Virus record (IMG/VR): IMGVR_UViG_3300008116_000173
Coordinates: 8,522 to 72,521 of that record
DNA length: 64,000 nt
From: a virus
Strand: one strand, 5' to 3'
Shown: one piece after another, positions 58,298 to 64,000 of the stretch
How positions within the stretch are numbered: the stretch's first letter is position 1
Layout of the letters: each line of letters starts with the position of its first letter
Notes under the pieces: model-generated
Database searches by the model: none
What the model saw: only the letters and a program-made list of their open reading frames with translations
What the model was told of the DNA's origin: nothing
Program-made: the position numbers and the translations under genes

Positions 58298-59293
58298 ATG
58301 ACACAAGAACAAATAATAAACGTAATATACAGGTTACAATGTTGTTCATCAACTATTGCTGCTGAACTATCAACATTGTTATTAACTGGTGATAAATCTT
58401 GTAAATCAAGGTTTAGTAATTTATTATTGTTAAATGATTACATTACACAATTTAAAAAATACAATACTGTTGCTGGCTCTATAAACTGTATCACAGAAGA
58501 ACAATTTACAGCAATGTATAATAATGCTTCTGAATTGTGTAAACTTTGTGATTGTGGTACACCATTTCAATCTTATAATAGTCCTTATACTGCACCACTT
58601 GCTAATATAACTTTAAGTCCATCACCTGCTTTAGTTGATGATAAGTTAATACGTAGCATACCTTTTACATTTGCAAATACAATTGATGCAACTATAACAA
58701 GGACTAGCAGTAAGAATATGATTACTTATGCTTTACAAAGGAGTTATGATAATTCATCATGGACTACTTTGTCAAGTAACGATGCTACAAACCCTGTTAC
58801 AACAATACTAGGTTTAACTGATTTGGCTCAACCAGCTAATCAAAATAATTATTATGTGAGGGCTTTTGTTTCAGATGAACAAGTGCCTGCTGGTCAAGCA
58901 ATATCTGCAGTAGCATCATTTGGTATTTATCAACCTGTATTGTATGGTTATACTACTCAATCTAACCCTACACTTGTAGATTTAACTACATTAGTACCTG
59001 TACCACAAGGTGCTGGTTCTGGTCAATTAGATTATGCAAACAGTTCTGCAGATAAAACCATAAACGGTTTATTTTTTAATTTTAATGCTAACCCTAACTT
59101 TAGGTTTTGTATAGCTTATGATAATTCTTATGGTACTTTAACTTCATTTAGCGATGGGTTTTTTAATTACATAAGTAACTTTACAAGTAATACACAAACA
59201 TTAACATTTGGGGATGGCACAGTAAAAACATACAAAGTGTATGTATATAACTTAACTATTAGTTCAGGTACATATACTATAAACACCTACTAA
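58298..59293 (+). CDS. Structural protein (Cys-rich N-terminal hub-like domain plus beta domain)
   Basis: CC...C...NCITEEQ...LCKLCDC N-terminus. Confidence 0.55.
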   Translation: MTQEQIINVIYRLQCCSSTIAAELSTLLLTGDKSCKSRFSNLLLLNDYITQFKKYNTVAGSINCITEEQFTAMYNNASELCKLCDCGTPFQSYNSPYTAPLANITLSPSPALVDDKLIRSIPFTFANTIDATITRTSSKNMITYALQRSYDNSSWTTLSSNDATNPVTTILGLTDLAQPANQNNYYVRAFVSDEQVPAGQAISAVASFGIYQPVLYGYTTQSNPTLVDLTTLVPVPQGAGSGQLDYANSSADKTINGLFFNFNANPNFRFCIAYDNSYGTLTSFSDGFFNYISNFTSNTQTLTFGDGTVKTYKVYVYNLTISSGTYTINTY

Positions 59294-59294
59294 A

Positions 59295-62200
59295 ATGGCA
59301 ATTAATTTACCTACAGGATTTTTTAGGACAACTAATGAACCTTTAGATGTTCGTTATTTGGCTAGTGGGTTAACACCCTATAGTTCTGTTGCTGCAGCTA
59401 ATGCAGCTATAGAATCTTCTGTTAGGTATATAGGTCAATTTGTAAATATAAACAATCAGTTATACTGGTATCAAAATGGTATTGCTGATGGTAATTTAGT
59501 AGCTTTTGCAGGTGGTGGGGGCGGTGGTAGTGGTACTGTAACAAGTGTATCTGTAACAACAGCTAATGGTGTTTCAGGTACTGTTTCAAACCCTACAACA
59601 ACACCAGCTATTTCATTAAGCTTAGGTGCTATTACACCAAGTTCTGTTGCTGCTACAGGTACTGTTACAGGTAGTAATTTAAGTGGTACTAATACTGGTG
59701 ATCAGGATTTATCAAACTTAGTTGTTAAAAATCCTACTATTACTGGTGCCACAAAAACTAAAATAACATATGACAGTAAAGGTTTAGTAACTAGTGGTTC
59801 AGATGCTACAACTGCTGATATAGCAGATACTACTGATAAACGTTACCAAACTGACAACCAAAAGTTATATAATGATGCTACAAGTTCTATTCAAACACAA
59901 TTGAATAGTAAAGTTACAGGTGTTACTGCAAGTTCACCTATAACATCATCTGGTGGTACATCACCTGTTATATCAACATCTATGTCTACCAATAAATTAA
60001 TTGGTAGGTCTAGTGCTGGTACAGGTAGTATGGAAGAAATTACTGTAGGTACAGGTTTATCATTATCAGGTGGTACATTAAGTAGCACAAGTACTGGTAG
60101 TGGTATATTAAGTGGTACAGCATCAGGTACAGATACTTATACAGTAACTATATCTGGTGTAACAGCTTATAACAATCAGGATGCTTACTTAATTAGGTTT
60201 ACTAATGGTAATACAACTGGTTGTACATTAAATATTAACTCTATAGGTGCTGTAACATTATACAGAAATAATGATGGTGCTTTAATAGGTGGTGATATTA
60301 TTGATGGTGCTGAAATGTTGTGTATTTATAATTCAACATTAAGTGGTTTTCAAGTTATTGGTACTGCACCTAATACATTATTAGCTTATGTTACTAATGC
60401 TGAAACTAGTACTATAACTAAAGGTCAAGCAGTATATGCTTTTGGTGGTACTGGTGACCGTTTAAAAGTTAAATTAGCTTATAACACAAGTGATGCAACA
60501 TCAGCTAGCACATTAGGTATTGTATTATCAACATCTATTGCAGCTAACCAAAAAGGTTTAATTATAATGCAAGGTCAGCTAGATGGATTAAGTTTATTTC
60601 CTACAGCTACATGGGCAGATGGTGATCCTGTTTTTCTTAGTGCGACACCTGGTGGTGTAACTAAAACAAAACAATATGCACCTAATCATTTGGTGTATTT
60701 AGGTGTTGTAACTACAGCAAGTAATGGTAGTGCTGGTAGAATGTATGTTAAAGTACAAAATGGTTATGAATTAGATGAACTACATAATGTTCAAGCACAG
60801 AGTCCTAATAATAATGATACACTTTATTATGACAACTCTGTAAGTCAGTGGAAAACTAATTCAATAGCTGGTATATTAGGTTATACACCTGCTAATGCTA
60901 GTACAGCTGTAACTTCTGTAACAGGTACAAGTCCTATTTCAAGTTCAGGTGGTACTACACCAGCTATAAGTATATCACAAGCTACTGCAAGTACTAGTGG
61001 TTATTTAAGCAGTACAGACTGGAATACATTTAACAACAAACAACCTGCAGGTGCTTATTTGACTTCTGTAACTGCAGATTCACCATTATCAGGTTTAGGT
61101 ACATCAGGTAGTCATTTAACAATACCTGCTGCAACTTCAAGTGTAAATGGGTATTTGAGTAGTACAGATTGGAGTACTTTTAATAGTAAACAACCTGCTT
61201 TAAGTGGTACTGGTTTTGTAAAAATTAATGGTACTACAATAAGCTACGATAATTCAACTTATTATTTAGCTTCTAATCCTAATGGTTATACTAGTAACTT
61301 AGGGACTGTTACAAGTGTTGGGTTATCTTCTTCTACAACAGGAGTAACTATTGGTTCAACACCTGTAACTACAAGTGGAACAATTTCTTTAGCTATTGCT
61401 ACTGCAAGTGGTTCACAACAAGGTTTATTATCAAGTACTGACTGGAATACTTTTAATAATAAACAAAATGCTTTTGGTAGTCAAACAGGTAATACTTTTT
61501 TTGCAGCTCCTGATGGTGCACCAGGTGTACCTAGCTTCAGACAAATTGTTGCTGCTGATATACCAACGTTAAACCAAAATACTACTGGCAGTGCTGGTAG
61601 TGTTGTAAACAATTTAACATTTGATAATACTGGTTCAGGTAGTTCAAGTGGTGTAACATTTAATGGTTCATCTGCTAAAACTATCTCATACAATACAATA
61701 GGTGCACAAGCATCTTCAACAAATTTAACAAGTCTTGCTGCTTTAAGTTATGCAAGTACTTCATTTGTTAAAATGACTGCTTCTGGCACATTTAGTTTAG
61801 ATACTAATACATATGTTACATCAGGTGCTTTAAGCTCTTATGTACCATATACAGGTGCTGTAAGTAATGTTGCTTTAGGTACTTTTAGTCTTACATCGGA
61901 TAATGGTGCTTATGATACTGAAATATCACCTACCTTTGTTAAGGCAAAAAACTTAACAGCTACTGAATTTTCTAGTATGTATTATGATCATTTTGAAGTA
62001 AGTAATACTATTTCAATGTCTACAATGCAGATGAATTCTTCAGGATTAGTTTTCCCTAATGGTAGTACACAAACTACAGCAGGTTTAACTGGTTCAGGTT
62101 CATCAGGTCAAGTATCTTACTGGAATGGTTCAACTTCACAAGCAGGCACAAGTAATTTGTTTTGGGATAGTGGTAATAATAGATTAGGTATAAATAATGC

Positions 62201-62771
62201 ATCACCATTGTATGATTTAGATGTATCTGGTACTGCAAAATCTAATACAGTACGTGTAGATAATATAGGTGCTGATACATTTCAAATATTTGATGGTGGT
62301 GGTACTAAACAATTATATATTGATAGTACAAACCAGTTTGCATTTAATGCTGCATCAGGTCCTATATATTTTGGGGCATTTGGTGCACCTACATTTGGTA
62401 GGGCAGGTTTTAGTATACCAGGTAATGTAGTATTTGTTGTTGACGCTGTAACAGCTAGGACAGGTTTTGGTGGTGGTATTAACTTAATATTTAATTCACC
62501 AGATGCTTTAGTTGAAATTCAAGGTAAAGCTGATGAAAAACAATTATCTGTAAAAGGTAATGCTGGTCAAACTAGTGATATTGCAGAATTTAAATCTAAT
62601 GGTACTAAAACAGTTTATGTTGACAGTACAGGTAGATTAGTATCAACAACTATGGCAATACCTACTGCTGCTCCTGCAAGCGCAATAGCAGGTAGTATGT
62701 ATATTGATACTACAACTAATTTTTTATGGGTACATAACGGTACAAGTTGGGTATCAACATTATTAACTTAA
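59295..62771 (+). CDS. Long tail fibre / receptor-binding protein
   Basis: Ser/Thr/Gly-rich with repeats GTVTSV, SPISSSGGT and LSSTDW.TFN.KQ; TKITYDSKGLVT; NNRLGIN. Confidence 0.8.
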   Translation: MAINLPTGFFRTTNEPLDVRYLASGLTPYSSVAAANAAIESSVRYIGQFVNINNQLYWYQNGIADGNLVAFAGGGGGGSGTVTSVSVTTANGVSGTVSNPTTTPAISLSLGAITPSSVAATGTVTGSNLSGTNTGDQDLSNLVVKNPTITGATKTKITYDSKGLVTSGSDATTADIADTTDKRYQTDNQKLYNDATSSIQTQLNSKVTGVTASSPITSSGGTSPVISTSMSTNKLIGRSSAGTGSMEEITVGTGLSLSGGTLSSTSTGSGILSGTASGTDTYTVTISGVTAYNNQDAYLIRFTNGNTTGCTLNINSIGAVTLYRNNDGALIGGDIIDGAEMLCIYNSTLSGFQVIGTAPNTLLAYVTNAETSTITKGQAVYAFGGTGDRLKVKLAYNTSDATSASTLGIVLSTSIAANQKGLIIMQGQLDGLSLFPTATWADGDPVFLSATPGGVTKTKQYAPNHLVYLGVVTTASNGSAGRMYVKVQNGYELDELHNVQAQSPNNNDTLYYDNSVSQWKTNSIAGILGYTPANASTAVTSVTGTSPISSSGGTTPAISISQATASTSGYLSSTDWNTFNNKQPAGAYLTSVTADSPLSGLGTSGSHLTIPAATSSVNGYLSSTDWSTFNSKQPALSGTGFVKINGTTISYDNSTYYLASNPNGYTSNLGTVTSVGLSSSTTGVTIGSTPVTTSGTISLAIATASGSQQGLLSSTDWNTFNNKQNAFGSQTGNTFFAAPDGAPGVPSFRQIVAADIPTLNQNTTGSAGSVVNNLTFDNTGSGSSSGVTFNGSSAKTISYNTIGAQASSTNLTSLAALSYASTSFVKMTASGTFSLDTNTYVTSGALSSYVPYTGAVSNVALGTFSLTSDNGAYDTEISPTFVKAKNLTATEFSSMYYDHFEVSNTISMSTMQMNSSGLVFPNGSTQTTAGLTGSGSSGQVSYWNGSTSQAGTSNLFWDSGNNRLGINNASPLYDLDVSGTAKSNTVRVDNIGADTFQIFDGGGTKQLYIDSTNQFAFNAASGPIYFGAFGAPTFGRAGFSIPGNVVFVVDAVTARTGFGGGINLIFNSPDALVEIQGKADEKQLSVKGNAGQTSDIAEFKSNGTKTVYVDSTGRLVSTTMAIPTAAPASAIAGSMYIDTTTNFLWVHNGTSWVSTLLT

Positions 62772-62775
62772 AATT

Positions 62776-63024
62776 ATGGAAATACAAGATATAACAATAT
62801 GGTCTAAAGGTGAAACAAAAACAGCTACACAAATTAAAGTAGCACTAACAGGTGATGACTTGAGTAGTAAAGCTGTATTTTATTATGAACTTTTAACTGC
62901 AGATAATATTCAATTAATAGGTGGTACTGTTGAAATGAAAGGTTCTGATTATACAAATTGGAATGGATCAAATCAAGCTGCTTATCAATTTGTAGCACAA
63001 AAATTAAATATTAATTTAAAATAA
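62776..63024 (+). CDS. Small protein, possible fibre assembly chaperone
   Basis: Y..W.GSN..AY..VA.KLN pattern, directly after the fibre gene. Confidence 0.5.
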   Translation: MEIQDITIWSKGETKTATQIKVALTGDDLSSKAVFYYELLTADNIQLIGGTVEMKGSDYTNWNGSNQAAYQFVAQKLNINLK

Positions 63025-63026
63025 CA

Positions 63027-63200
63027 ATGGAAAAAAAGATAGAACAAAACGCACAGGATTTACTTAATTTAATCCACAACACACCTTTAACAACATCACA
63101 ACGTGAAAGTTTATTAAAAGGTTTAGAAACAATTTATAAATTAGCATCTGATTATTTAAAATTAGAAGCTGCAAAAGAAGAAGAAAAAACAAAAGTTTAA
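63027..63200 (+). CDS. Small hypothetical protein (57 aa, not in the ORF track)
   Basis: ATG 63027 to TAA 63200, MEKKIEQNAQDLLNLIHNTP... Confidence 0.55.
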   Translation: MEKKIEQNAQDLLNLIHNTPLTTSQRESLLKGLETIYKLASDYLKLEAAKEEEKTKV

Positions 63201-63219
63201 ACTATAAAAACATATTAAA

Positions 63220-63576
63220 ATGATTAGAGCAGACCAAAGTAAACAGTATCTAAGTGAATTATTACAAATTACTAAAGCTAATTTAGTAGCTTGTGGTTTT
63301 CAAAAATTAACTGTAGATGGTACAGTTGGTGGTGTATCCCTAACTGTTCCTTCAAATGCACGCTATGCACTTTGTGTAGTAGAATCTACTATAACATCTG
63401 GTCCAGCAATACGTTATTTAGAATTAGGTGGGGTAACACCTCCTACAGCTAGTAACGGTATTCCTAGAGCTAACTATGAAATATTTGACCTTCAAGGTTA
63501 TCAAAACATGGTTAATTTTAGAGCAATACAGTTTGGAGCAGGTACACATAGCATTCAAGTTCAATATTATAAATAA
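63220..63576 (+). CDS. Small structural beta-sandwich protein
   Basis: LTVP..A.YA...VE....IRY...G..PTASNG pattern. Confidence 0.55.
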   Translation: MIRADQSKQYLSELLQITKANLVACGFQKLTVDGTVGGVSLTVPSNARYALCVVESTITSGPAIRYLELGGVTPPTASNGIPRANYEIFDLQGYQNMVNFRAIQFGAGTHSIQVQYYK

Positions 63577-64000
63577 TGGCTAACATAAGACATAATCTTA
63601 AAAATCTACTGTTAAAAGGCAAGTCTTTTGTGTCAGTCATTAACAGTAGTAAAGAAAATATTTTAAACGGTAATCTTGATAAAAGAGGGTGGCAAAGTGT
63701 GTCTGCTGGTGGCGGTGATGATTTTGCAGGAATATTTTTATCAGCTGCTGGTATTACTGATCCTACCATAACAAGTGCTGTTTATACATTAGTTAATGAT
63801 TTAAATGGTTACGGGTTATGGTCTAAGATGTTAGGCATATATCCATTAGTGGGTGGTACTGCAAGTTCACATGCATGGAATTTAAGAGATACTACTAAAC
63901 TAAAAATGCGTTGGGTTGGTGGTATGACTCATGACTCTAATGGTGTTACAGGTAATGGTACTAACTCTTACGGTCAGCCTGATATAACAGGAACAACAGG
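63576..64000 (+). CDS. Structural protein (truncated at the window end)
   Basis: ATG overlaps the previous stop; FLSAAGITD.T...AV..LV.DL...GLWSKM..IYPLVGGTASSH.WNL; open to nt 64000. Confidence 0.6.
   Translation, partial: MANIRHNLKNLLLKGKSFVSVINSSKENILNGNLDKRGWQSVSAGGGDDFAGIFLSAAGITDPTITSAVYTLVNDLNGYGLWSKMLGIYPLVGGTASSHAWNLRDTTKLKMRWVGGMTHDSNGVTGNGTNSYGQPDITGTT

Noticed and set aside
43674-63769. Short ORFs at 43674, 45091, 45358, 46629, 48203, 49684, 50223, 55235, 59891, 61481 and 63518
   Set aside because: Antisense or out-of-frame shadows of structural genes.
1-64000. Stop-codon reassignment (TAG or TGA), known in some crAss-like phages
   Set aside because: Genes are full length and densely packed in the standard code, and TAG and TGA both serve as real stops.
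1-64000. CRISPR array, DGR, integrase or transposase
   Set aside because: I saw no regularly spaced repeats, reverse transcriptase, recombinase or transposase motifs.

Overview
AT-rich window from a crAss-like (Crassvirales-type) phage, probably infecting a Bacteroidota host. It reads in the standard genetic code and has three blocks. (1) 1-16.1 kb (+): two giant virion-ejected proteins, the first a single-polypeptide virion RNA polymerase (YRIP and ADFDFD motifs, a HExxH zincin domain, 5' end outside the window). Both appear to carry inserted accessory cassettes with distinct codon usage. (2) 16.2-41.2 kb (-): replication and nucleotide-metabolism genes (MazG, DEDD exonuclease, dATP/dGTP diphosphohydrolase, class II RNR, 5'-3' exonuclease, primase, AAA ATPase, DnaB-like helicase, family B DNA polymerase). 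These are interrupted by a 7-gene amidoligase/ATP-grasp/amidotransferase cluster and followed by small early genes, a spore-photoproduct-lyase-like radical SAM gene and a degenerate tRNA-like element. (3) 41.3-64 kb (+): the late module (HU-like protein, terminase, portal, ferritin, Dps-like protein, scaffold-like protein, major capsid protein, a split ring-protein gene, tail hub/fibre genes), preceded by a roughly 300-nt structured intergenic segment that looks like an unannotated ncRNA. All assignments come from motif recognition by eye; no database searches were run.
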